From positions 5,639 to 69,638 of the forward strand of contig JAKPKU010000001.1 in the NCBI GenBank assembly GCA_029553545.1: 64,000 bases of DNA, written 5' to 3'. This DNA is from Candidatus Cloacimonadota bacterium. Its GTDB lineage: Bacteria; Cloacimonadota; Cloacimonadia; Cloacimonadales; WRIO01. This document shows, piece after piece, positions 18,558 to 27,674 of this stretch. A program made the translations under genes and the position numbers. How positions within the stretch are numbered: position 1 is the stretch's first letter; every line of letters begins with the position of its first letter. The notes beneath the pieces are model-generated. The model had not been told where the DNA came from. It searched no databases and saw only the letters and a list, made by a program, of their open reading frames with translations.

Positions 18558-21500
18558 TAATATACAGCAGAGTGAGCTAAATAGCGAACTGTTAAAAAGA
18601 ATCAAAGCAATATGTTTAAAGCAAAATATAATCATTTGGTTATTAGCTGTAATACATACTGCTATTCTATTTTTTGTCTCTTTACAGTTGATTTTTACTA
18701 TTACATTATTTGAGGGGCTCACCCCATTTCAAGAGTTTTTCCTTGCATTGGGTGTACGTGTATTATTAATTTTACTAATTATCTACCTGTTTCTCAAATC
18801 TCAAAAGGATGAGATATCGATCAATACTATTGCCTATCAGTTCGATCAGCTTTTTGATGATAAGTCTGATACTATTTCTAATGCTTTAGATTTTTATTTA
18901 ACGCCCACTCATGGCAGCAATGATATTAAGAATAGGTATATTAACCAAGCGTTAAGTCGAATAAACTCTACTAAATTCAATTATAACTTTTTCAATATAA
19001 AGTCCTTAATTCTGATGCTTGTGGTATTAATGGCAGGCACAGCAATTACTTTTTATTATATGCCTGATAACTATAGCCAAACATGGAAACTCTTTAGGGC
19101 TCGACGTGCTGAAATTTTAACATACAATAAGTATATTCAACTAAAACCTCAAAATGTGCAATTAAGCCGTAATTCTAATTTAAGAATTGAGGTTATAGAT
19201 CCTGAAAAAGGGGCTCAATATGTACTATGGACGAGCCAAGGTGAAGTATGGAAAAAAGAGAATTTAGATAATGCCTCAAAGCTTATGTATCATATTGAAA
19301 ACTCTTTTCATTATTGTATAAAAACACAATATGGCAGCTCTGACACATTTTATGTTCAAGTAATTGATGAGCCAGTAGTTAAAAAACTACATATCAAGAT
19401 CAACTACCCAAGCTATACAAAGATCAAGCCTTCTTATTTTGAAAATACAGATGGAAATATTACAGTGTTAAAAGGCTCCGATTTATCTTATGAAATTGAA
19501 ACTGACATTAGTATTAAAGACGCAAAGTTTGTCATTAATGAACAGTCCTTTTCACCATTAAAGCAAATTGGCAAAACAAATTGGAGTATCGATTTAAAGG
19601 CAAAAGAGACATATAATTACTTTTTCACTTTGACAAATAAGCTTGGCATTGAATCCAAACCGATTATTAAGACGCTAAATGTGATCACCGACACAGAACC
19701 GCGTATTGATATTGTTTTTCCTCAGTCAGACACGGTTATCAATCAAAACATGAAGTTTAGCACACTATTTCAGGCTGTAGATGATTTTGGATTACAGAAT
19801 TTAAAGATTCACTACCAGATTAATGATCTCATTTTTCATAGTAAAACCATTAAGAATTATATTCCTGGTTCGTTTTACGAGTCAACTTATATGCTTGATT
19901 TGGATGAGTTTATGCTATTCCCAGGCGACATAGTCACCTATTGGCTTGAAGTTGAAGATAATTCTCCTCTAAAGCAAAAAGGTGTTTCAAAAAGAATAAA
20001 GCTAACATTCCCTTCAATGGATGAAATATTCAAACAGTCTGAAAAGCAAGAGAATATCAACAAAGAAAACCTTGAAATGGTACTAAAAGAGTCAAAAAAA
20101 CTACAAGATGAATTTGAAAAGAAAAGACGTGAGCTTCTCAGAAAAAATGAACCAAATGCCGACGACAAGAGCGATGTACAACAATTACTAAAGAAGCAAG
20201 ATGACTTTAATAAAATTGTCGATAACGTAGCCAATGAATACCAAAAAATGATCAAGAATCTTGAAAACAACAATGCTATCAATGAAGATATAATCGAAAA
20301 GATGCAAAAGATTCAAGAGATAATGGAAGAAATTACAAGTCCTGAGTTACAAGATTTGCTGAAGGAAATGCAAAGAAATATCAATCAAATGAGTCCTGAT
20401 CAGCTAAAGAAGACAATGGAAGATTTTAAGTTTTCTTTAGAAGATTTCAACCAAAGACTACAACAAACGCTTGACTTGCTTGAATCAATAAAAAAAGAAA
20501 TGGCTTTGCAAAAGCTAAGTGAGCTTGCTAAAGAAATGGAAAAAATGCAAGCATCTATTAATGAGAAGACAAAAGACGCTAAGTCTCAATCTGATTTATC
20601 AAAAGAACAACAACAAATTAAAGATATGCTCGAGAAATTGCAAGATGAGATTAATAAAAGTAAAGATCTATTCGATCAACAGAAAGATAAAGAATACCTC
20701 GATGCACTCGATCAACTTAGCCAAGACATTGATCAAGACGGATTAATGCAAGACTTAGAGGATGCAATAAAGAATTTAGAGCAGAATAATAAAGAAAAAG
20801 CACAAAAGAGTCAAAAAAGCTCTTTACAGAAAATGGCTCAATTAAGCCAAAAGCTCGAAAAGATGCGCTCTTCAATGGGCGGTAGTGACGCTCAGGAGAT
20901 GATCGAAATTGTGCAAAATACTATCAAAAGGCTTTTGCTTATGTCAAAGCTTCATGAAGATTTAAACAATAGATTTGTCCATGATCCTTTGCCAATTATG
21001 CCTGAAATGATAGCAAATTATGACGCTATACAGTTATCTTTAAAGTATTTGTATTCAGCACCTCAAATACTCATGTTCTTAGGGCAAAAGTATTTCTATG
21101 ATGTATCAGAAACACAAAACGCTTTTCGTGCATTCTTTTCTGATATTCAGGATAATAAACTTCATACAGCCAAGACCAATATGCAGAATATTCTAAAGGG
21201 CTTAAATCTAATAATATTTGACTTGATGCAAACTTTGGATAATATGAGCGGCGGTGGTGGAGGTGGTAGTGGTATGCAAAGCCTTATGCAACAATTACAA
21301 CAGATGGGGCAAGAGCAACTGGCAATGAATATGCTCACTCAATCAATGATGGAACAAATGATGCAGAATGGCAATCAAATGTCACAGCAAATGAGACAGC
21401 AAATGCAAAGGCTTGCTTCTGAAGAGCAGAGGCTTGCAGATAATCTAAACAGAGCTTTGCAAACCAATCCAGAAGCTCAAAAGCATACGCAACAGATAAA

Positions 21501-21810
21501 ACAACTCACTGAAGAGTTGGAAGCAATATCAAGACAATTAAAGCAAGGTAAGTTAGATAAGTCTTTGTTAGATAGACAAAACAACATTATGTCAAAGCTA
21601 TTAGATATTGAAAAATCTATTCAAAAAAGAGAGCACTCACAGAAACGAAAAGGTGAAACAGGTAGGCAAGAAGACTGGGATGTGCCTGATAGCGTGAAGA
21701 ATAGATTTAAAGACCAACTGCGAAGAAATCAGCTACAAGAAGAGTTAAAAGCATATCCAAAAGAATACCAAGACTTGATAAAAGAATACTTAAAATCAAT
21801 TAATGAATAA
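18544..21810 (+). CDS. large membrane-anchored coiled-coil protein (DUF4175-like) with a Gly6 and Met/Gln-rich low-complexity tract
   Basis: N-terminal TM helices, a beta-rich middle region, a roughly 400-aa charged coiled coil, then SGGGGGGSGMQSLMQQLQQMGQEQLAMNMLTQSMMEQMMQNGNQMSQQMRQQMQ. Confidence 0.5.
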   Translation: MFVNNNIQQSELNSELLKRIKAICLKQNIIIWLLAVIHTAILFFVSLQLIFTITLFEGLTPFQEFFLALGVRVLLILLIIYLFLKSQKDEISINTIAYQFDQLFDDKSDTISNALDFYLTPTHGSNDIKNRYINQALSRINSTKFNYNFFNIKSLILMLVVLMAGTAITFYYMPDNYSQTWKLFRARRAEILTYNKYIQLKPQNVQLSRNSNLRIEVIDPEKGAQYVLWTSQGEVWKKENLDNASKLMYHIENSFHYCIKTQYGSSDTFYVQVIDEPVVKKLHIKINYPSYTKIKPSYFENTDGNITVLKGSDLSYEIETDISIKDAKFVINEQSFSPLKQIGKTNWSIDLKAKETYNYFFTLTNKLGIESKPIIKTLNVITDTEPRIDIVFPQSDTVINQNMKFSTLFQAVDDFGLQNLKIHYQINDLIFHSKTIKNYIPGSFYESTYMLDLDEFMLFPGDIVTYWLEVEDNSPLKQKGVSKRIKLTFPSMDEIFKQSEKQENINKENLEMVLKESKKLQDEFEKKRRELLRKNEPNADDKSDVQQLLKKQDDFNKIVDNVANEYQKMIKNLENNNAINEDIIEKMQKIQEIMEEITSPELQDLLKEMQRNINQMSPDQLKKTMEDFKFSLEDFNQRLQQTLDLLESIKKEMALQKLSELAKEMEKMQASINEKTKDAKSQSDLSKEQQQIKDMLEKLQDEINKSKDLFDQQKDKEYLDALDQLSQDIDQDGLMQDLEDAIKNLEQNNKEKAQKSQKSSLQKMAQLSQKLEKMRSSMGGSDAQEMIEIVQNTIKRLLLMSKLHEDLNNRFVHDPLPIMPEMIANYDAIQLSLKYLYSAPQILMFLGQKYFYDVSETQNAFRAFFSDIQDNKLHTAKTNMQNILKGLNLIIFDLMQTLDNMSGGGGGGSGMQSLMQQLQQMGQEQLAMNMLTQSMMEQMMQNGNQMSQQMRQQMQRLASEEQRLADNLNRALQTNPEAQKHTQQIKQLTEELEAISRQLKQGKLDKSLLDRQNNIMSKLLDIEKSIQKREHSQKRKGETGRQEDWDVPDSVKNRFKDQLRRNQLQEELKAYPKEYQDLIKEYLKSINE

Positions 21811-21899
21811 ACTTATAATTTTAGTACTATTATAAGCTTTCACTAACAAAGCAATCATCTATCTCTTCAATAATCACATTAAAAGCTCTCTATATTGAG

Positions 21900-22235
21900 A
21901 TGCTATTTTACAAAATATCATTATACCTTTTTTAAAAAATTAGCCTGAAAATTGCTATATTTATTTACTAAAATAGACACGAAAATAAATCAAATAATCC
22001 CATTATCAGGTCAATTTTTCTCCATTTACATCTTTTATTTAATCATTGTTGTATATGACTATTTTTCAATTATATGTCTATATGATACCTCTTGCATTCC
22101 CCTTGCTATCTTGGAGAATGAAAGAGATTCTTATAGGAATTAAAAGGGAAGGGAAAGGAGATTTATTAATCATTTTTATGAGATAAATAGAAGGTGTTTT
22201 ATTGTCCATATTTTTAAGTAATGGTGATCGCTTAA
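21900..22235 (+). repeat. conserved intergenic element, copy 2 (upstream of the radical-SAM/SPASM-lon unit)
   Basis: Core at 22095-22124. Direct repeats TATATGACTAT (22052-22062) and TATATGTCTAT (22071-22081). The ORF-track ORF 21952..22143 runs through it, but its frame is not conserved in the other copies. Confidence 0.8.
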
Positions 22236-22405
22236 TTTGTTATTTGGAGATTATGGATCAGCTTCATAAAAAAATACAGTTACAAGATATCAAATAGTTA
22301 CTTTGTCTGAGAAGAAGAGTTTTTTCTGGCAATAGAAACAGGTTACTATTAACTAAAAACTTGACATAAATTCTTATCTCAAAAATGTAGTAATTAGGAG
22401 AAAGA

Positions 22406-23422
22406 ATGTTTGAATATTTGCTAATGATTTTTAATTATATGTCGTTTAAGCGGGTTGTGAACCTAATTAAGGCATATTTATCATATTATATATCAATACT
22501 TATTGGCAGACCCTTTGTATGGGGCTATCCACCAATATTGATGATTGAGCCAACTAATATTTGTAATTTGAAATGCCCTCTCTGCCCTTCTGGTACAGGT
22601 CAGCTTAAGCGAGAGAAGGGGTATATGAATATTGCCACATTTGAGAGGGTGATAAATGAGATTTCGCCCTATACTTTCATGTTGATTATGTGGAATCAGG
22701 GGGAACCTTTTTTAAATAAAGACTTTATCCAGATGTGTAAGATTGCCAAGTCAAAGAAGATGCTTTTGCTTGTTTCTACAAATGCTAATGTTTTACCAAA
22801 TGCCAAAGAGATAGTTGAAGCGGGCATTGATAGATTGATAGTTTCTGCAGACGGAGCAAGCCAAGATACGTATAATATGTATCGAAGAAATGGAGTATTA
22901 CAGACAGTTGTAGATAATGTTGAGTCAATTATTAAAGCTAAAAAAGAGGCTAAAACCAGCTTGCCGAAGGTGATTTGGCAATTCATCGTCATGAAGCATA
23001 ATGAGCATGAAATAGAAGAAATTAAAGAAATTACACGTAAAATAGGCGTTGATAAACTTCAACTCAAAACTGTTCAGATATATGCTAAAGATGATATATA
23101 TACCTTCTTGCCAAATAACCCTAAGTACCGCCGTTACAAGATAACAGGTGATGATTTTGAACTTAAATATGGAATCAAAAATAGGTGTAGACGTATTTGG
23201 ACACAACCTGTTGTAAATTGGGATGGTGAAGTTGCTGTATGCTGCTTTGATAAAGATAATGACTTTAAGATCGGTAATATTCAACAGCAAAGCTTTAAAA
23301 ACTTATGGCATGGTAAAGAGTATAATAAATTTAGACGTCAGATTCTTAAAGATCGAGCTAAAATTGATATGTGTAAGAATTGTGGCGAAGGGGTATCATT
23401 AAAAATAAAGAACAAAGGGTGA
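22406..23422 (+). CDS. radical SAM protein with C-terminal SPASM/twitch-type Cys-rich domain and N-terminal TM helix
   Basis: CNLKCPLC (CxxxCxxC) follows an N-terminal hydrophobic helix. C-terminal cysteines CRRIW...VAVCCFD...CKNCGEG are typical of auxiliary 4Fe-4S SPASM domains. Confidence 0.75.
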   Translation: MFEYLLMIFNYMSFKRVVNLIKAYLSYYISILIGRPFVWGYPPILMIEPTNICNLKCPLCPSGTGQLKREKGYMNIATFERVINEISPYTFMLIMWNQGEPFLNKDFIQMCKIAKSKKMLLLVSTNANVLPNAKEIVEAGIDRLIVSADGASQDTYNMYRRNGVLQTVVDNVESIIKAKKEAKTSLPKVIWQFIVMKHNEHEIEEIKEITRKIGVDKLQLKTVQIYAKDDIYTFLPNNPKYRRYKITGDDFELKYGIKNRCRRIWTQPVVNWDGEVAVCCFDKDNDFKIGNIQQQSFKNLWHGKEYNKFRRQILKDRAKIDMCKNCGEGVSLKIKNKG

Positions 23423-23426
23423 TTAA

Positions 23427-25871
23427 ATGAAAAAATATGAAGATATAATAAAAGATATTGAAGATCAACAAAATGAAAGAAATGAAAAGTTAGAAAAGAG
23501 CTTACCTATCATTCCTCTTCGTGATCAATTGCTTTTGCCATTTGTCATTTTCCCTGTTGTAGCTGGTAGACAGGGGACTATTGATGCGATTAATATTTCA
23601 CTTGATAAGTTTGAAAGCAGAATATTTGCTGTACCACAGATCGAGGACAATGGTTCAGAGAATTATCCAACAGCAGGAGAATTGCATCGTGTGGGCACAA
23701 TTTGCATGATCAATCAAGTGTTTAAAATGCCAGATGGCTCATTGAGAGTGATATTGCAAGGCATCAAGAAAGCCAGAGCAAAAAAGTATATTAAACAGAA
23801 GAGCTATTATCAGGCAAATCTCCACTCATACCCTTATAAAGCAGAAATTGAAAGTATGGAATTTCAAGGCTTGATAAACGTTTTTATGGACACATTAGAC
23901 GAATACTTAGCCAAAGATAGAGGTATAACGATTGATTTGATTAAGAGTATCAAAGCATTTAAAAACCCTTATGAGATCTACCATTTTACGCTTGCTAATC
24001 TTGAAATACCATTGAAAGATAAGATAAAATACTTCGAAATTGATGATTTGGAAGAAGGCTTCAATGAACTTATTGGTTTCTTAGCAGAACAAATTGAAGT
24101 CATGAGAATCCAAAATGATTTAGAAATGAAAGTTAAAAGGCAGATTAGCAAATCACAAAAAGAGTATTTCCTCAATGAGCAGCTTCGTATAATTCATAAA
24201 GAGCTCGGCTATGATGATGATGAAAAAGATAATCTTGCAAGTATAAAGATGAGATTAAATGAACTTGATCTACCTAAAGAAGTTAGGAAGAAAGCAGATG
24301 ATGAGTTTAAAAAGCTTAGCAAGCTGTCACCAAGTATGCCTGAACATTTTGTTGTGTATAATTATCTTACCTGGATTTTAGATTTACCATGGGCAAAGCC
24401 AGTTTATAAGGACTTTGACATAAAAGAAGCTGCTGCAATACTGGATAGAGATCACTATGGATTGGAAAAAGTAAAAGATAGAATATTGGAATATCTGGCT
24501 GTATTGAAAATCAGTGATAAAATCAAAGGGCAGATCATTTGTCTTGTAGGACCTCCGGGAGTTGGTAAAACCTCTATCGGACGCTCTATCGCTGAGTCTC
24601 TGGATAGAGAGTTTATTCGTATATCGCTGGGTGGTGTTCGTGACGAATCTGAGATAAGAGGGCATCGAAGAACTTATATCGGCGCTATTCCTGGTGTCAT
24701 TATGCAAAGTATGAAAAAGGCAGGTACAACTAATCCGCTGATTATGCTTGATGAGATAGATAAAATGAGTATGGACTTCAAAGGTGACCCTGCCTCTGCT
24801 TTACTTGAAGTGCTCGATCCTGAACAAAACAAGAGCTTTAGAGACCACTTTTTAGATTTTGGTTATGACCTCTCAAATGTACTATTTATCACTACAGCAA
24901 ACTCTTTATCTTCAATTCCACGCCCACTTTATGACAGAATGGAGATTATCAGTATGCCAGGATATACTGAGATCGAAAAGCGTGAAATTGCAATGCGACA
25001 CTTGATTAAAAAGAAGCTTGATGAGTTTAATATCGAAGATAAAATTAAAATAAATATCAGTGAACAAATCATTACTCAAATCATTAATAAATATACCAGG
25101 GAATCTGGTGTACGCGAGTTGGAACGCAAAATAGGCACAATCCTAAGAAAGATAGTAAAGAAGTATGTGGGTAATGAAATTAAAAAATCTTATACAGTCA
25201 AATTAAAAGACCTAAAGGAATTCCTGGGCTATGAACCATATTTACTCTCAGATATACCACAAAAAGATACTTTAGGCGTAGCTGTAGGCTTGGCATGGAC
25301 ACCTGTTGGGGGAGATATTTTGCTGCTCGAGGCTCTCAAGTTACCTGGGAGTGGCAAGATTACCATTACAGGAAAGATAGGACAAGTCATGCAAGAGTCT
25401 GCTAAAGCGGCTTATAGCTATGCAGTTAGTCAATGTGAGAAATTTGGTATCTATAAGGATTATAAAAAAGTAGATTTGCACCTTCATATCCCTGAAGGAG
25501 CAGTGCCTAAAGATGGACCTTCAGCAGGAATAGGCTTGGCTTGTATTATTATATCTGTTTTGTCTGACAGACCTATTTATCATCATATTGCAATGACTGG
25601 CGAGATTACACTAACAGGCAGAGTGTTGGCAATAGGTGGCTTGCAAGAAAAACTTATGGCAGCAAAACAAGCTAAAATTAAAAAAGTTATTGTGCCTGCT
25701 GCAAACCGTCCAGAGCTTGAAGAGATTAAAGAAGAGATAAAAGAGGGTTTGGAGCTGATCTTTGTTGATAATGTCGATGAAGTAATTAACCTTTGTTTGC
25801 ACCCAAAAAAGAAAAGAACAAATGAAAATAAAACAAGTAAAAAAAGTAGTCAATCAAGATCAGACAAATAG
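23427..25871 (+). CDS. lon: ATP-dependent Lon protease (LonA)
   Basis: Lon N-domain, Walker A GPPGVGKTS and protease motif PKDGPSAG. It starts 4 nt after the stop of the radical SAM gene. Confidence 0.95.
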   Translation: MKKYEDIIKDIEDQQNERNEKLEKSLPIIPLRDQLLLPFVIFPVVAGRQGTIDAINISLDKFESRIFAVPQIEDNGSENYPTAGELHRVGTICMINQVFKMPDGSLRVILQGIKKARAKKYIKQKSYYQANLHSYPYKAEIESMEFQGLINVFMDTLDEYLAKDRGITIDLIKSIKAFKNPYEIYHFTLANLEIPLKDKIKYFEIDDLEEGFNELIGFLAEQIEVMRIQNDLEMKVKRQISKSQKEYFLNEQLRIIHKELGYDDDEKDNLASIKMRLNELDLPKEVRKKADDEFKKLSKLSPSMPEHFVVYNYLTWILDLPWAKPVYKDFDIKEAAAILDRDHYGLEKVKDRILEYLAVLKISDKIKGQIICLVGPPGVGKTSIGRSIAESLDREFIRISLGGVRDESEIRGHRRTYIGAIPGVIMQSMKKAGTTNPLIMLDEIDKMSMDFKGDPASALLEVLDPEQNKSFRDHFLDFGYDLSNVLFITTANSLSSIPRPLYDRMEIISMPGYTEIEKREIAMRHLIKKKLDEFNIEDKIKINISEQIITQIINKYTRESGVRELERKIGTILRKIVKKYVGNEIKKSYTVKLKDLKEFLGYEPYLLSDIPQKDTLGVAVGLAWTPVGGDILLLEALKLPGSGKITITGKIGQVMQESAKAAYSYAVSQCEKFGIYKDYKKVDLHLHIPEGAVPKDGPSAGIGLACIIISVLSDRPIYHHIAMTGEITLTGRVLAIGGLQEKLMAAKQAKIKKVIVPAANRPELEEIKEEIKEGLELIFVDNVDEVINLCLHPKKKRTNENKTSKKSSQSRSDK

Positions 25872-26064
25872 CTATTATATCCAAGTTCCGAGAAATGAGG
25901 TAATATTCATGGGATCAATACTCGAATCGCTTGAAGGTTGGTGCAACTATACCACCTGCGATAAAACTGAATCAGTATTGTTTGTCGATGTTGCAAAAGA
26001 TTATATAGAACAGTTTGAAAACCTTTTAACTAATATAGAACAATTCGATTTTATTAATGGCTGA
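25822..26064 (+). CDS. small conserved hypothetical protein (DUF4911-like, from memory)
   Basis: An 80-aa ORF overlapping the lon 3' end by 50 nt. YYIQVPRNEVIFMGSILESLEGW resembles the roughly 80-aa DUF4911 family. Confidence 0.4.
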   Translation: MKIKQVKKVVNQDQTNSYYIQVPRNEVIFMGSILESLEGWCNYTTCDKTESVLFVDVAKDYIEQFENLLTNIEQFDFING

Positions 26065-26115
26065 TATACAATATTAGATTTAATGTGATTTATTTTGAAA
26101 AAGAGAAAAAAAAGA

Positions 26116-26144
26116 TTGACAGAAAAGACTATGTTTAATATCAT
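26116..26144 (+). promoter_or_regulatory. putative sigma70-type promoter
   Basis: TTGACA (26116-26121), a 17-nt spacer and TATCAT (26139-26144). It lies about 45 nt upstream of the TTG start at 26189. Confidence 0.45.
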
Positions 26145-26188
26145 AAACATCATTTTATGTTAATTAGAAGAGAAGAAGGAGATATTAC

Positions 26189-26875
26189 TTGCTAAACCCA
26201 AATCAAGCTCTACGGAATATTCTTATAAAGTCAGAACAAAGACTGCTTATTTTGTTTGTGTCTTTGTTTTTAACAGGGCTATTTTTGTCTCACTATAAAT
26301 TAGTATATGCATCAAATGCAATATCAGAGCAAGTTGAAAACTTAAAAAAAGAAATAGAAACTGATTATATTCAGACATTTGATCTTAACACAGCTACTTA
26401 TGATGAACTACTGACTGTTAAAGGAATCGGACCCAAAAAAGCGACAGATATTATAGAGTATCGCAAAGGTAAGAGCTTTACAAGTGTTGAACAACTAACT
26501 GAAATCAAGGGTATTGGCAAGAAGACTCTGGAAAAACTAAGTCCTTTTTTCTTTGTAGTGAAGGATGATAAACCTACTTTTTTTGTAGTGTCTACTGATA
26601 GTCAACCTACAAAACAAAAAGATCTACCAATGAATCAAAAAATCGATATTCTTACAGCAAGTCAGTCTGAATTATTAAAGCTCAACGGTATTGGGGAAGT
26701 CAAAGCTAAAGCAATTATTGAGTACAGGGAAACGCATACAATAAGCACATTTGAAGATTTATTAAATATAAAAGGGATAGGACCAAAAATACTTGAAAAG
26801 ATCAAACAACAAGCAATAATAGGAAAAACATCAAAGCCAAACACGGATACTTCCATAGCAGAAAGCGGTGTTTAG
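26189..26875 (+). CDS. ComEA-like DNA-binding protein with duplicated helix-hairpin-helix modules
   Basis: N-terminal TM anchor and two copies of the (HhH)2 module (LLTVKGIGPKKATDIIEYR...IKGIGKKTLEKL and LLKLNGIGEVKAKAIIEYR...IKGIGPKILEKI). Confidence 0.7.
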   Translation: MLNPNQALRNILIKSEQRLLILFVSLFLTGLFLSHYKLVYASNAISEQVENLKKEIETDYIQTFDLNTATYDELLTVKGIGPKKATDIIEYRKGKSFTSVEQLTEIKGIGKKTLEKLSPFFFVVKDDKPTFFVVSTDSQPTKQKDLPMNQKIDILTASQSELLKLNGIGEVKAKAIIEYRETHTISTFEDLLNIKGIGPKILEKIKQQAIIGKTSKPNTDTSIAESGV

Positions 26876-26907
26876 AATATGTATAGTCTATTTTTGAGGA
26901 GATGTTT

Positions 26908-27504
26908 ATGAGTAATAATAACAACAAGATAGCACCTACAATTACTCTTGCTCAGTTATACGAAGCTCAGCAACAATACTTTGATGCTTACTTGACCTAT
27001 AAAAAGATTTATGATAATAATAATGATGAGCTTATCTTTGAAAAGATGAACACATCTAAAAGAAAGATTTTTGAAGAACCAACACTTAAATATCATTACC
27101 TTGTTCAAGGTATTTTCTCTGCAAATGACCTTTCTCAGTTTAAAATATTACCTCAAGAACTATATGAAAACTACCAAAAGTCTTTGACTGACACTATTGA
27201 AGAAGTAGAGTTTATTGATGAAGAATTTGAAGAAAATGAAAATGATATGACAGAAGCTGAAGAGATAGAGCTTGCTTATGAGCCCGAAACCATTGTAGAA
27301 GCTCCAGCGAAGGATATAAACACCCCTATCTTTAAAGAAAGCATCGATATGTTTAATATCAATTCTATTGCAAAGATTAATAAAAGCCCTATGTCTGTGG
27401 CAGACTTATGCAGCTTTCTAACTGATTTTTTAGGTTCAGACAAAAGAGTATCAGACATTAGTATAGCAGAGTTATTTTATATAATAGATAAAGTAAAGAA
27501 GTAA
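26908..27504 (+). CDS. acidic hypothetical protein
   Basis: An ORF with no recognisable family and a highly acidic middle region (EEVEFIDEEFEENENDMTEAEE). The ATG at 26908 is better spaced from GAGGAG (26896-26901) than the track start 26902. Confidence 0.45.
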   Translation: MSNNNNKIAPTITLAQLYEAQQQYFDAYLTYKKIYDNNNDELIFEKMNTSKRKIFEEPTLKYHYLVQGIFSANDLSQFKILPQELYENYQKSLTDTIEEVEFIDEEFEENENDMTEAEEIELAYEPETIVEAPAKDINTPIFKESIDMFNINSIAKINKSPMSVADLCSFLTDFLGSDKRVSDISIAELFYIIDKVKK

Positions 27505-27508
27505 AAAC

Positions 27509-27661
27509 ATGACAGATAAAAACCATGATATTAATAAATTATGTGATAAATGTATCAAGGAATGCAAACAACCTTACAATGCAACGTTGATTGCTTGCCC
27601 AAACTATAAGAAAAAACCAAAACAATTAGAGTTTCAATTTAAATTTCGTAAAGTGAACTGA
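27509..27661 (+). CDS. 50-aa Cys4 mini-protein (putative zinc-ribbon-like), absent from the ORF track
   Basis: Translates from the ATG as MTDKNHDINKLCDKCIKECKQPYNATLIACPNYKKKPKQLEFQFKFRKVN, followed by TGA. It exactly fills the 170-nt gap between two co-oriented genes. The spacing is CxxCxxxC...C, with a basic tail. Confidence 0.4.
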   Translation: MTDKNHDINKLCDKCIKECKQPYNATLIACPNYKKKPKQLEFQFKFRKVN

Positions 27662-27674
27662 AAGGATTAGTAAA

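Noticed and set aside
22095-22124. The core read as a sigma-54 promoter (GG-N10-GC), a SAM riboswitch or a T-box.
   Set aside because: The GG and GC dinucleotides in CTTGGAGAATGAAAGG, or in its complement, do not have the -24/-12 spacing. The sequence has none of the conserved S-box or T-box blocks I know. The shared SAM theme of some downstream genes (radical SAM, trmB, polyamine) is too loose to support a riboswitch.
21952-22143. A 63-aa ORF from the track, lying inside element copy 2.
   Set aside because: The same sequence in the other three copies is interrupted by stops and by indels that are not multiples of three. For example, ATG..CATTCCCC spacing is 21 nt in one copy and 23 nt in another. 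The conservation is therefore at nucleotide level, not protein level.
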